Part shown: positions 23,896-37,265 of the stretch, piece after piece
Layout: every line of letters starts with the position of its first letter
Numbering within the stretch: position 1 is the stretch's first letter
Origin: Geosiphon pyriformis uo1
Lineage: Eukaryota > Fungi > Glomeromycota
DNA: 64,000 nt
Direction: 5' to 3'
Assembly: GCA_016748015.1 (NCBI GenBank)
Contig: JAAOMT010000436.1
Span: forward strand, 2,191,037-2,255,036
Notes under the pieces: generated by a model
Told to the model about the DNA's origin: nothing
The model's input: only the letters and a program-made list of their open reading frames with translations
The model's database searches: none
Position numbers and translations under genes: made by a program

Positions 23896-24559
23896 GAAGA
23901 GTAGCACAATTATAATTGATGTTAAAAAAGCATCTGATCAATTAACAAATGAAGCACAAAAAAATTAATAGATAACAGCAATGATGATCTAAACCAAATG
24001 TGGCTTACAATCAAGGAGACTGTGTTACAAGCTGTTAACTGCCTACCAAAAAGAAAAATAGAAGCCTGATCTGTACACACAAAGAAAGAATGCTTGGATT
24101 ACAAGCTTATAAACAAATAAGAGTAAACAATATAGATATGCATAATAACAATGTTATACAGCTGTTAGCTAAATAAAAACAGCTGAAACCTGAAGTAGTA
24201 ATTGCATATCTGATGACTCTCCCAAAAGATAAGCTTATTTCAAAATTACTTAACATCAAAAAAAAATACAGATCAATACTGCATGCCAGAATCAGACTAC
24301 AACAGCAGAGACAAATAGTGGACAATATCATCAAAAGACAACAAAACTTTGAACTAAACAAAAGAGCTATGATCAAAAGCATTCTGAACAGAAAAAAACA
24401 AAGAATTGTACTGAATCATGTCATTGAAAAAGGCAAATTTTATGATGATTCTGATGAGATCAAGAAGCTAGTAAACAAAAAAGCTCAAGGTTAGACTAGA
24501 ACAAGAATTCTTGAACCTGAACTGTGGAAGAGTTAGGAATACAGGTTTAAGCCAATTAA

Positions 24560-25640
24560 GAGCATCCCAGATCATGTCTTTAATAGTGTAATGGCTGAAA
24601 TAACAAATAAGGAATTTGAACACATATTGAGCCATACACCTCATAACAAAGCTTCTGGCCCATCAAACATTCAAGCTGAACTCTGGAAGAAAGCCAGGCC
24701 TAATACCAAGTCCAAACTGAGAACATTGCTTAATGCTTACATAGATGCAACTAACATGCCTGAAGAGTAAAGAATAGCACAAGTCATACTAATTCCAAAG
24801 CCAAAAAAATGGGGTGGCAATATTGACATCACCAGACCAATCACACTAATTGAGAGTACTAGAAAAATCTTAATGAAAATTTTAATTGCAAAAATATTAA
24901 AGGCATGTAAGCTTCACAATGTCCTAAAAAGTTACAACACCTCAATTCTAAAAAATACCTCCACAGCAGTGCCAATTTATGTAATTAATGCTGTTGTTGA
25001 GCATGCAAGAAAATTTGGTAACAAAGCTTGGTTTACATTTTAGGACATAAAAAAGGCATACAACTCAGTAGGATGGAAACCCATAGAAGCTGCACTAAAA
25101 AAGATCAAGATAAATAATAAGTTTACTGAGTTATTTGGCTTGATACACAACAATAAAAGCAATAGGATCATAACTGAGTTTGGTCTAAGTAACAAATATC
25201 AAGTACAAGATGGACTGGATCAGAGGGAAACAAGCTCATCCATTATGTGAAGGATTTTTTATAACCCCTTACTGTGTGAAATTAATAAGGCCAATTATAA
25301 TTAAGGATACAAATTAACAGCTAAGTAAAAAAAGTAGGACAATCAATCTGACACACAATCTCTAACAGTATCAGTAAACCACTTAGTCTTTGTTGATAAC
25401 ACAGTGTGAATAGCTAACTTAAGACAAGAGATACAGAGTATTCTGAACACAACCAGTTTTTTCTTTAAAATAGTGGATATTGAGATCAACTTAGATAAGA
25501 CTAAAACAATGGTAGTCAGACCCTAAAAAAAAGAAATTATTGTTGGTAGAGCTACTGAAATTTGGGCCAAATAAACAACCCTTAAAATTGTTGGATCTAT
25601 CTACATGCACCTAATATTTGGGGGTGTGAATCAGGGCAGA
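24560..25640 (+). pseudogene. LINE D reverse transcriptase domain
   Basis: KASGPSNI, VILIPKPK, RPITLIE, DIKKAYNSVGW, DGLDQ.E and NHLVFVDN motifs. Confidence 0.88.
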
Positions 25641-25752
25641 TAGAAAAAATGAAACTATGCTAAAAATGATAGAATCCAATATTAAAGTAGTGTATAGAGT
25701 TATTAGGAAGAAACACATCACTGAAAAACAGGCAATTTACATTTTTAACAGT

Positions 25753-28203
25753 TTTTTTTTTTTTTTTTTTTTTTTGTTAACATGTAGCCATGCCGGTCAT
25801 TTATTAATTATTTCACAGTAATGTGGCAGTTTTATAAAGCCAGTTCACCCAATAATACATATTACAAGATGTGGCTAACCACAAGTAGAAAGCCCTAACT
25901 ACACGCTAGTACTACCTTTGCTACCTAATGTATTAAACATATCTAATTCATATATCTTACCCATAATGCATACAAGTTCATGACTACTCTTAACAAAACT
26001 GCTCATCCACTTAGCAGTCTGATCTGGATCAGACTTGATATTAGAGGATTGAACTTTTCATAACTCTATCATCACATTAAATGTATCATCATAAACCGAA
26101 AAATCTTTAGCATCACCATCATTATCATCATCATCATTATCATCATCATTATCATCATCATTATCATCCATGTCTTCATCATCAGATATGTTATAGTGTA
26201 CCTTTCCACTCCTCAACTTGAGGGCCCCCACTTCTTTTTGCAGCACAGAAGCCACAGCATAAACAGCCTTAATTTGGTTTCCCAATCCAATCACACTTTC
26301 CTTTATTGCCTCTGCCATAACTGGTGGAGTAAACAATAACATAGTAACCAATGCAACCAAAGAACCCACAGGCTCAACTATAGATTTGATCAACAAAGAC
26401 AGTTCACTAAGTTGGATTTCCAGAGAAGCCAACCTAGCATTAACAGCAACATCTAAACCAGAGGAGGCAACCGGCAACAGTGGCACCACAACTTTGGAGG
26501 AGATACTGAAAGCCAGATTCATGTTAGCAGCAGCAGCAACAGGAGGAACCACAAAGGTGGCAGCTTTGGCATAAGATTTAGCTCCAACAAGAAATGACTT
26601 GAAAATGATGGGACCACCAGCAGAATTAGAAGAGAGTTTGGGAGGGAGAGGTGACAACACCTTGCAGTCCACAGCCAAATGATCTAAATTTTGACATCTA
26701 TAGCAGCGACGACATCCAGGAGTTTTCCACCAGATGCGGCAGCCACGTAAGGTACTGGTTTTTGAAACAGCAGTGTTCAAAGATTCCAAAGAGCCAAAGA
26801 TCACTACTGCAAAGCGTTAATGTCGATAGGAATCAGGGAAGCGGAAAATGAAACATGTATGGCCACCAACTTGGGAGACCAGATCACTTATCTCAAATGC
26901 AATGCAGCCAAATGGAAGATTAACCAGCTTAGCTTTGAAAGCATCTCTTGAGGAGATAACCTCCTTTTGGTTGGCAATGGGAAGAATCCTAACACTATCT
27001 TTTCTGACCAACACAGATCAGTTAGAGAGAGCAGCAGCAGCAGAAGAAATGTCCTTAAAGGTAACCACAGCATATTGTCATAAGCCAACAGGCTTCAACT
27101 TAACAGAAGTGACAACACCAAAAATGCCAAGAGCAGATTTGATGTCATCAGAAGAGACACCCAAGGGTACATCTCGCAGTGTAACTGACAAAGAAAGGGA
27201 GGAAACAGAGGCCACTCCTGAAGACTGTGCAATCTTAAGAGTGGTCAAAAAAATCTCATCACCAATGGCCACTTTGGTAGCACCATTTAGATACTCCTGA
27301 GATGCAAATTCCACACAAAACAACTTGACAGCATCTTGTGAAACAGATTTAAGTCCAATACAACCAGGCAGCAACTGAAACAAAGAACTAAGCAAAGCCA
27401 TCTTGATCTTAAACATAGCACCAGGTACAAGATTGGAGGCCACCCAACCAGAGAACTTTTGACGTCCATTCACATTCATCCAAGCACCAACATCAGATGC
27501 ACCAGAAACTGGGGGGGGAACAGTTGATTCCATTTCCATCTGATCAGCCCAATCTTTGAGATCATTTGGATTGATAGACTGTTTTGCTACTGGAATTGGT
27601 GATAATCTGCTGGAGGGTAGTTGATCTTGGCCCATCTTGGGAGATGTGCTGCTGCTGTTGCCATCCATATCAGGAATAGGGCTGGCTGCTACTGTGGAGA
27701 TCTTACTGAAGATCTCATCTGGAATCACAAAGGAGTTCAGTGTGACCATGGCAGTTGCGACTGTCTGCTGCTGTTTTTTGGGATTTTTTGTTTTTGCGGC
27801 CATTTGTGAAGCAGTAGTAGTAGAAGTAGTAGTGGGAGTGGTGAGAGCAGAAAAGACCAACTTGTTGACTGGTCTGTTATTAAAAATCTTTGGGCTCTTT
27901 GAAGTGGTAGAGACAACACTAGGACTAATCTGAGTGTGCCTTTTTGAAGGAACTTTGACTGGAGAAGAACTTCCAGCCAAAGGTAAAGAAAATGAACCAG
28001 AAGCTGCTAAAGACAGCTTATTACTATTATTTTTTAAAGGAAATGTTGCCAGAACGTTTTGTCTAGCTGCTTCAATAACAGAGAGACCCTCTCGTGTTGA
28101 AACTTTATTAGTTACTATAGGAAAAGTAACATTTGCAACTTTTTTACTCTTAGTTCTATTCATGGTCATGAAATTTAGGAAAGAAAGAGTTTTTTTTTGG
28201 CTG
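25753..28203 (-). mobile_element. Family C copy C2: ORF1-only poly(A) retroposon
   Basis: Poly(T) at 25752-25775. TSD TACATTTT(T/C)AACAGT at 25738-25752 and 28204-28218. ORF ~28169-25898 with stops. Confidence 0.92.
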
Positions 28204-28451
28204 TACATTTTCAACAGTGTACTCAGTTCAGCAATAGAATTTAGATCTCAATTGACCTATATTCCAAATAGCTGGGCCAGAAGATAGATTTTAAAGATCT
28301 CAACCACTATAAAGAAGAAGGCAAAACTTTCAGTAGATTTCCCAGCCAGTGCCATATATCACTCATCTTTGTACAACTTGTTCAAAATTGATGATATACT
28401 AGCAAAAAGCAAAATCACAGATTTGTTGATTAGATTAAATAGTAATGATAT

Positions 28452-29141
28452 TGTTATGGTTGAAACCCATAGTTTTTATTAGTTATCACATATATTAGTT
28501 ACTGATGTTATATAATTAGCCATCCTATTTTTAGATAGTGATTGTTGACCTGATCAATGACCTGACCGTTGACCTGATCATTGACCTGATCATTGACCTG
28601 ATCGTTGACCTGGTCGTTGACCACTTTAGATAGCTATATAAGCAATGATTCCCTTAGCTGTAGAAAGACATGATCAAAGTAATGAAATAAAACAATATTA
28701 ATTACTTCTTCTCATATCGCTTATTTCCCTTTCCTTACCTTCAAGTATCTACTTGTTGGCATTCACATACCTTATCTTTTCCCCTTCTTGATTTGTATTT
28801 GTTAGAATTAGCCTAAGAAGCAGTTGGCTTGCTCTTGTAATTCATTGAATAAAGAAACAATTGAAAAGCACAATGATACCTGTTATTGATTCTAAGAATC
28901 GCTGAGTTGAGACATAAAATAATAGCAGCAGTGTTATCTTGTTGACAATCACGGACTATCCCTCTACCTTCAGATTTAAGAAAAGATTAGCGACTGTGAT
29001 TTTTATGAAACTGATCATGCACATTGAATTCCTACTTATTCAATTTGCTCCCTTATTGTAATTCCCTCTTTGTTTATTTCCATTACCATACAATACTGTT
29101 CTCCCTTGCTATCCATTAGCTTGTTACTCCAACCCGTAACA
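28452..29141 (+). repeat. A2 5' LTR (7-unit 12-bp array at 28539-28622, TATA-like CTATATAA at ~28635)
   Basis: TGTTATGG...CCCGTAACA, a direct repeat of 45323-45976. Confidence 0.95.
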
Positions 29142-29147
29142 TAAAAG

Positions 29148-29166
29148 TGGTGCTCCCTGTGAGGTT
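29148..29166 (+). promoter_or_regulatory. PBS (elongator tRNA-Met)
   Basis: TGGTGCTCCCTGTGAGGTT. Confidence 0.82.
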
Positions 29167-30732
29167 GTCAAAATTCACTTATTCCCTCATTGTATGGGTG
29201 ATTACTCATATCTGCCACAGCAATCAGAAGAACACTTTGTAGCACACAACAGAAACAACCTAGATTTTATTGAACTTAATCTTTTGCTTTTCTGCTTGAT
29301 CTGTTTCCCCCTTGAAGAACAATCCAGTAGACAATTCCAAGACTTTTGGAACTGGTTTCTGAACAAGCATTCAGCTAAAATCTACACAGCTTATACAACC
29401 TATTACTTTGACCAAGCTTATTTTGAAAACGACTTTGAAGAAAGAAACAACAGTATCAATTGGCTTTTACATTCTGCAACCTTTGAACAACAGCCCCCTG
29501 ATTTCGAATATCTGAATCATTAAATCTACATTTGGATTGCTGCCCATCAAGCAACTGAAACTTCCTTTGAAACAGAAGAAGAAAGCTACCAAACTGCCCC
29601 TGTTTTTGACTTTTTATCAAGCAAATCAGACTCGTCTACACAAACAGTTACCCCAGAACCAATGGCTGTTGATCTCATGCAAGCAAACATTTTGGCCATT
29701 CTCTAAGATATACAAACTGCTCTAGGGTGAAGAAACAACACCCTATTACCATTATTTAGAGGTGATGCACAAGATCCAATTGAATGGTTGGATGATTTTG
29801 AAAGAGCTTACAGCCAATCAGTAAGACGATGAGTACAAATTCCAAATTGTTGGTGGCTACCTTCAAGGATCCCCTGCTACCTGGTTCTCACAAAAAACAG
29901 ATGCCAATGCCCAGCAAAGAATCATTAGATGGACACCAGTAAATGTGGGAGAAATCAACACTTCTTTCACTACCCAGTTTGAAAACAAGTTCAGAACCCC
30001 AATCTTAATATCCAAATGGCGTATGGAATTGGAAAGAAGAACTCAAGGTCCCGGTGAAGTTGTAACTGAATACACCAAAGCAATCAGAAAGTTAATCAAA
30101 TGAGTAGACATTGGAAGAAATTGGACAGAAGAGCAGAAAATTCACTCTTTCACAAAAAAATTGAGAACTGATCTATCATATGCTCTTTGGCCCCTCCTGG
30201 CCCTGAAAGATAATCCCATCATGGATATGGCCATTGAATTAGCACAAAGAATTGAAGATAACCAAAGGATGCACTTGGGATCCACACTACCAGTTTTTGC
30301 TCCTGCTCCTGTCATGGCTCCTGTTTTTCAAATGGCTGCTACTTCTTTTGCCACTCACACTCAAGATCCAAATGAACAGTTAATAGACAGACTCACAGCA
30401 AATCTTGCCTGGTTATTAGAACTCTTAGCCCAAGCAGTCAGAGAAAATCAACAACCACAAAGACCCAGATTTGAACCACGCTTCAATCAGCCCCAGCAAC
30501 TATCTTATCAAATACAACAAAATTGTGGCCCACCTGTATGCTATTGTTGTGGATTAACTGGACATTTTTCAAGAGATTGCAACAATCCTCCACTGCCTCC
30601 ACCAGTTCCCAGAAACAATGATGCTCAAAACAACAGACCCAACAACAACAATGTGCTCAACCAAAGACCCAATCATGCCAACATCAATTTCTTTGGAGAG
30701 GATCCCCTAGTTGAAGCCACTGTTTATCAGCC

Positions 30733-30782
30733 TTTAAACTGGTAGACACACCTCCAAAAGATGAGAGTGCAAGCCAACCAGA
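30733..30782 (+). promoter_or_regulatory. Putative -1 ribosomal frameshift signal (T TTA AAC + stem-loop) at the gag/pol junction
   Basis: The heptamer is in gag frame two codons before the gag stop, and the -1 frame is open into pol. It is conserved in A1 (14006-14012) and A3 (51689-51695). Confidence 0.8.
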
Positions 30783-32281
30783 AGAAAACCCCTTTTTTGC
30801 TTTTAACTTAACTAAAGATGACCATGACATGAATGAATTAGCAATCAACCCCTCTGAATCCACAAGAAAGAAGAAGAAAGCCAAAGTTGATTTCATTCTA
30901 GACCCCAATAAAGCTTCTATATCAACTGCTGACAACAATGAGCCCTCAAAAGCCAAAGTTTTCAAGAACCCTCCAAAGTTGGAACCTCCAGAAATAGTAC
31001 AAAAATCCGGTCCCTATTCTCTTGTCAAAGACCTTATGGAAACCCTAGCACATATAACCTTTGGCCAATTAATGACCCATCCACAATTCAGAAAAGATCT
31101 TCGCAAATCCCTGATTCCAAAGAAAAAGACACCCAAAACCAACAAATGCCCTTGCCAAGCTGGACTTGCTGACAATAGCAATGTCACTCCTCTAATTTGT
31201 AAAGCCCAAGTGGCTGGCTACTTCATCGATTTGATCCTAGACAGTAGATTATCTGTTAGTGTTATTGCCAAACACTTTCTTGAAGCAATTGACAGAAAAA
31301 TTGATGAACCATCCACACAACCAATGACCAATGTGCATGGTGATAAGAAGAAAGGGCTTGGCATAGCCAAAGCTATTCCTGTCTGCATCAATGGTATTAG
31401 CATTGAAACTGATATGAAAGTATCTAAAGCAAAAGAATACACCATCATTGTTGGCAATGAATGGCTCAAGAAAGCAAAAGCTTTGCTTGATTATGAACTC
31501 TGTGAACTAACCATCAGATGTAATGAGAAACCCATTGTGGTTAAGTGTCGCCATTGGACAACTCCTCTAGTACCCAAGCAGAGCCCAGAAGAAAATGAAT
31601 TAGACAAATCAGATGATGAAGAAAGTAAGGAAGAAAAAAAACAAGAAGAACAAGAAGAAACTGCTGAACTCGCCTATACCATTTTCATCAGCAATGGCAA
31701 ACCACTGGATAATGTCAAAACAGATAAGAAAGAAATCATTGTTAATGGCAAGCTGATATGCTGGCCTTATTATGACATGCTCAGAAGAACCTTTGACAGA
31801 AAGCCAGGCAAGAAAGCCAAATACAGTTATTGGTGGCATAGTTCTTGTGCCCAGTACTGGTGTAACAAACCATTGTATTTTCTTAGCGATGAATACATGT
31901 CCTGCCTGATCTATTACAAAGATTGGAAACCAATCAGCTTAATACCCTGTGAGGAAATAAAAGAAGTCCAAATGTCCTTTGAAAACAAACCACCTAAAAT
32001 CCAATCACTAGTTGTAGAACAAAAAGAACCTTCTCCAGAAGAAAGAAAGATAGACATTGAAAACCTGCTGGCTAAAAACAGCCCAGTTGTCTCAAAAAAA
32101 GGTAAACCTTCTGGATGTACACATGTGATACAACACACTATCATCACCAGAGAAACTTGCTCTATCCATTTGAAGCCCTATCAATCCAACTGACACAATG
32201 ATGAGTTTATCAAAAAGAAAATAACCCGAATGAAAACCCTTGGATTCATACAGGAAACCAAGAGTGAATGGGCATTTCTGG

Positions 32282-33149
32282 TGTTACGGAATGGTTTTCT
32301 TGTTATATTTAATTGCTGATATCCCGCTTTAATTGCAATCAGTCTTTCATGAGTTCCTCAATTCTATTTGTGTGATAATGTCACTGTTACACTGAAGGCT
32401 TTCTTTTTACTGTTGCAATGTAAGTTATTCTTTAATTCTTGATTGTTGTGTGTATTTATGTACTCCTTTTTAGAGGCTGAACTGAAATCTACCCACTGTT
32501 TGGGGTCTTCTCTGAGGCTATCCTTGCAATTGCCTGATGTGTTTCTCTAATCTAGAAACACAGAATGTTAATGGTCTTTAGTGCTTTTCTAATTCTCACA
32601 ATAAAGCTTTTATCAATTAGTAACAACATGAATAATCTTGATCAAGGATTATTCTTCCAAAGGATTCAGTTGATGAATGATAGTTTCATTCAATAAATAA
32701 TACAAGTAATTTTCTTAATACTTTGGGTTGTGATAGTTCCGTTTTAAATATTCTTTTTCATTTCTTTTTGATTTTTTAAAGGTTTCTTGGGATATTTAAT
32801 TTGAAAGTATGATTTAAAGTGGAGTTTGTCAGATAAAATTGGATCTGTTGCTTGATAAGTTATGATTTTTATTATTTGATTGATAATTTCCCAATATTAA
32901 AACTACTGTATATATACATGTTTGTAGTTCTACGAGAAAATACTTTCTTTTTGATATTTCAACCTGGTGTTTGCTGCTATCACCAGTTGGTGTTGGCTGC
33001 TATTGTGAACTGGTGCTTGCCACTATCACGAGATGGTGTTTGCTACTATGTTAATCATTACCTTTCTAAGATTATTACTGTGCTATATTATGATTGAATA
33101 GTTTGTATTATTTTTATGATTCTTTTTGCTAAATTCTTAAACCATAACA
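32282..33149 (-). repeat. B 3' LTR, with four 23-bp units at 32965-33050
   Basis: Direct repeat of 41267-42127, TGTTAC...TAACA. Confidence 0.95.
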
Positions 33150-33162
33150 TTATCCCTTCCTT

Positions 33163-33830
33163 TCAAGATTGAGCTCCATCGAAATCGAAGTTAATTTCTT
33201 CATTAAATTCTAAGTTACTATAGTGGTTCAATACTGTGTTATTAATTTGTTGTTGTAATTCTTGAAATTGCAAGTTGGTAAGTCGTCCAATACTGTTGGT
33301 TGTTATTATGTTCATGGTTGGATCCAACAATAATTTGTGACAGTTTTCAAATGCTTTGAAAATTCTGTAAACTGTTTTTGAATGGAATGTAGTGTTGGTT
33401 TTTCCAATGAAAGGTTCTAATAGTTAGATAGTTGTTTTGTCAAACACTCTAGTTGAGTTTTTTGAGTATAATGTTTGTATGTTCAAGTGCTTTCCTAGTT
33501 GATAATAACAGTAATTAATTGGAAATTTCGTTTTCAAGTTGCTAAATGTGTCTGGTGTTAATTCACTTATTTCTATTTCTTCCATTATTAATGTATTGCC
33601 CAATGCTATCTCTAATTTTTCAATAACTTTGCTAATAAATTTGTTGTTATATTTGGCAATATTATATGGTTCAAAATTATGTTCTTTTCTTTTTTTGGAT
33701 TTTCTATTGTTCTTTTTATGTATGTTATTTTGGAGCTATTAACTGTGATTTCTAGATCGAATTTTAATTGTTGTAAGCTTTTAACTAATTGTTGAGTTAT
33801 ATTGTTGATGTTTTCTGGAATAAGTATCAT
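33163..33830 (-). pseudogene. B ORF3 (extra ORF after integrase; one frameshift, one stop)
   Basis: MILIPENINN.../...YNIAKYNNKF...YCYYQLGKHL...KTVYRIFKAF...IITTNSIGRLTNLQFQEL...DGAQS*. Confidence 0.65.
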
Positions 33831-33914
33831 CGTTTTAATTTTGACTGTTATTTTGGAATCTTTTGCATGCGTTTTTATGGTTGTTAAATCATTTTTGCTG
33901 TGATCTAAGATTAA

Positions 33915-35295
33915 TTATCTTTTCGAATAATGTTCAATTAAAACTATTGGTTCTAAATCTCGTGGAATTTGTTCTGGTAGAATTAAAGGTAATTGTGTTC
34001 CAATTCTGGGTGTTTTTGTTGTTATTACTGGTTTACTGTAATAGAATTTCAGCCGGTTACCATGTGCTGCTTTTCTTAATATTTTATCATCTAGTCTTAA
34101 CTTGTATGCTCCATTTCCAAGTATTTCGTGAATATAAAATGGTTCATCTCACTTGTGATCAAATTTTCCACTCCACTGTTTTTCCATTTTTGTATGATGC
34201 AACAATACTTTATCTCCAATTTTGTAGCTAATTATATTATCTGGTAACTGGTTATCATGTCTCACTTTTTGTTGTTCTTGTGATTGTTCAATATTTTGTG
34301 CTGCTTTTCTTCTTTTGTTTTCTAAAGTTCCCATTAATTCGTATGTTCTTCTAAGTAGTGTTTCCTGGAATGTTGCTTCCGTGATAGTGTCACTTGGATA
34401 AGTTGGGATAGTAAGTTCAATGGGTAATGTGGCTTTTCTTCCATAAACTAGTTCAAATGGTGTGAATTGTGTAGTATCTTGTTTTACTGTTCTATATGCT
34501 AGTAGTACTGCTGGTATGAACAAATCCCATTCTTTTTCATGTTCATTACTAATTTTCGCCAGTGATTCGCATAATGTGCGATTAAATCTTTCAATTAATC
34601 CATTTGTTTGAGGGTGGTATGGTGATGACAGTGGTTGCTTAATTCCAAATTTTTGGCTAAGTTCTTTTAAGGTGCTGTTTACGAAGTGTGTGCCTTGATC
34701 TGATAGCAATTTTTGTGGACATCCATGTCGGCAAATTAAGTCTTCATGTACGAATTGAGCTACGGAAATAGCATCAGCTGTTTTAATAGCTCTAGCTTCT
34801 GGCCATTTGGTGAGATAGTCCATGGCTACTGCAATATAACAGTTGTTTCTTGTTGTTATTGGTAAGGGTCCAACTAAATCAATTCCAATTCTGTCAAATG
34901 GCTGTCCAACTTTTATTGGTCTTAATAATTCCATTGTTTTTGCTTCTCCTCTTCATTGGCATGGATCACAATTTCTTATGTATTGGATTATGTCTGAACT
35001 TATTTTTGGCCAATAGTAACGGCTAGTTGCATGTTGGATGGTTGCTGTTTTTCCAAAGTGGCCTGAATGAATATCTGAGTGCATGTTAAATAAGATAATT
35101 TTTTTTTCATCCATGGTTATAATTCTTAATGGATTATCTGGATTTTGTCAATTCCGGTAATAAAGTATGTGATTTTGGATGAAATAGTGTTTTGCTAATT
35201 TTTGGAGCTTAATTAGCTCTTTTACTGGCATTTCTTTGTCTATTTGTAGTGTTTCCAAGTATTGGCTGAGGTTTTTGTAAAGGTGGTTGTTCATT
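33915..35295 (-). pseudogene. B integrase (HHCC, DDE, GPY/F-like; no chromodomain)
   Basis: ORF 34149-34934 plus flanking in-frame segments: IGIDLVGP, SDQGTHF, NGLIERFNRTL. Confidence 0.92.
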
Positions 35296-36844
35296 GTTGT
35301 TGTGGTGGGTGGGTTGGTGATTTTTATGTGTGTCTCATTCTTGACAAACAGTCGGCATTAGCATTTTTGGTACCTTCTTTGTATTTGATAATATAATCAT
35401 ATGGTGCTAACGTTTGTGACCCTCTGGCGTATTTTCCTTTTAGCGCTTTTTTGTTATTTAACCAGACCAGACCTCTATGATTTGTCATAATCTCAAAGGG
35501 TTGGTACCATAAATATGTGTCAAAGTGAACACAACTCCAGACTACTGCTAAGCATTCAAGTTCATGTGCTGTGTAGTTTTGTTCTGCTGTACTGAGACTT
35601 CTGCTGGCATAAGTGATTACACGTTCTCTTCCATTATTATCTTTTTGTGACAGAATGGCTCCAAGTCCAGTTCCAGAGGCATCTGTGGCCAAAATGAATT
35701 TCTTGTTGAAATTCGGATAGATCATTATTGGTGATTCAATGAGCTTTTGTCTAAGGTACTCAAAAGTTTTTTGTTGTGCTTCAGTTCATTCAAACTTCAC
35801 ATTTTTAGATAGTAGGTAATTAAGGGGTTTGGCAATGTTTGAAAAGTTTTCTACAAAGCGGCGGTAATAAGATACAAGTCTTAAAAAGCTTCTAACTTCT
35901 AAAACGTTTCGAGGTACTGGAAAATTTTTCACTTTGTCTATTTTTGATGGATCTGGTTTTATTCCATCTTTTCCAACTACGTGTCCTAAAAATGCTAGCT
36001 CATTTTTCCCAAAGAAACATTTTTCTAGATTTAGTTTAAGTCCAGCGTGTCTCAATCTCTCAAAAACTTGTTGTAAATGTTGGAGATGATCTGTGAATTT
36101 TGACAAGAAAACATTTGTATTATCCAAGTAGACAACAACGGATTGCCACANNNNNNNNNNNNNNNNNNNNNNNNNNNNNNNNNNNNNNNNNNNNNNNNNN
36201 NNNNNNNNNNNNNNNNNNNNNNNNNNNNNNNNNNNNNNNNNNNNNNNNNNNNNNNNNNNNNNNNNNNNNNNNNNNNNNNNNNNNNNNNNNNNNNNNNNNN
36301 NNNNNNNNNNNNNNNNNNNNNNNNNNNNNNNNNNNNNNTTGAAAATATATCAGAGTATTTTAAAATTAATGCTTTTAATTGTCGCTGTTGGTCAGGATCC
36401 ATTGTTCCAATGTTTAATTTGGCCAATTCTTCTGGCGTAAATTGATAGCATTCTACCAGTTGTTGCCAATTTATTGAAGTGAGTTCACAGTAGAGGGCGA
36501 TTTCTAAGAAATTTAGAATTTCTTGTGGTGTTGACACGTTTTTTAGCTCCGTTCTGAGGTATCCAATGATGGTATCTTCCGGAATGTAGACGGGTTCTTC
36601 TGTGGTGTTTGCGATAGGAATTTTTATCCATTGAGCTTTATCAGCTGGAATAAAAAGGTTAGTAAGTCCTATAAAAAACTGTTGGCAAGTTTCTGGGTAG
36701 GGCTTAAATATTAGGTCTTTTTCTTTAATTGTCCTTTTTATTCTTATTTCTGATTTTCCATATGGTAGGAGCATGATGGACCACTTATTTTTAATTACTT
36801 CGCTTTTTTCCTCTATTGTTTCAGCGAAATTCACTTCAATTCCT

Positions 36845-37265
36845 TTTCCTGTTGATCCGAAACCAAAAGTTCCTCTCATTGTTTGTGACAATTCCTCATG
36901 ATTTTCCACTGGCACGAATTTCCCAATTTTTACCAATGGTAAGAAAATTGCTTGTGCAATCTTTTCTTTAGATTCAATGGTATAAGGCTTTTCTGAATTG
37001 TTCTGTAGCAAAACCATCAAATTTCCAGTGTATCCAGAGTTAATTACTCCTCCTTGAACACTTATTCCTTTTTTTACGAGGCTTGATTGCAACGCCATTT
37101 GAATCATTATTCCTGGCGGAATTTCAACCACTATTTTTAGGTCAATTTTGGTAATGCTCCTGAGTGGTAATGTTGTGGATTGGTCTTCCGGATAACGTAG
37201 ATCGAATTTGGCGTCGGTTAGATGGGCTCTTTCGGGTATTATTCCTAAGTGCCTGTTGTCGAAGT
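36845..37265 (-). pseudogene. dUTPase domain within the B polyprotein
   Basis: Five trimeric dUTPase motifs in order: RAHLTDAKFDL, QSSL (RSS), GGVINSGYTG (GVID.GY.G), IAQ, RGTFGFGSTG. Confidence 0.9.

Noticed and set aside
32852-33097. 81-aa hydrophobic ORF repeated at 41830-42075
   Set aside because: It lies within the two LTRs of B, starts at TTG and spans the 23-bp array. The duplication is explained by the LTRs.
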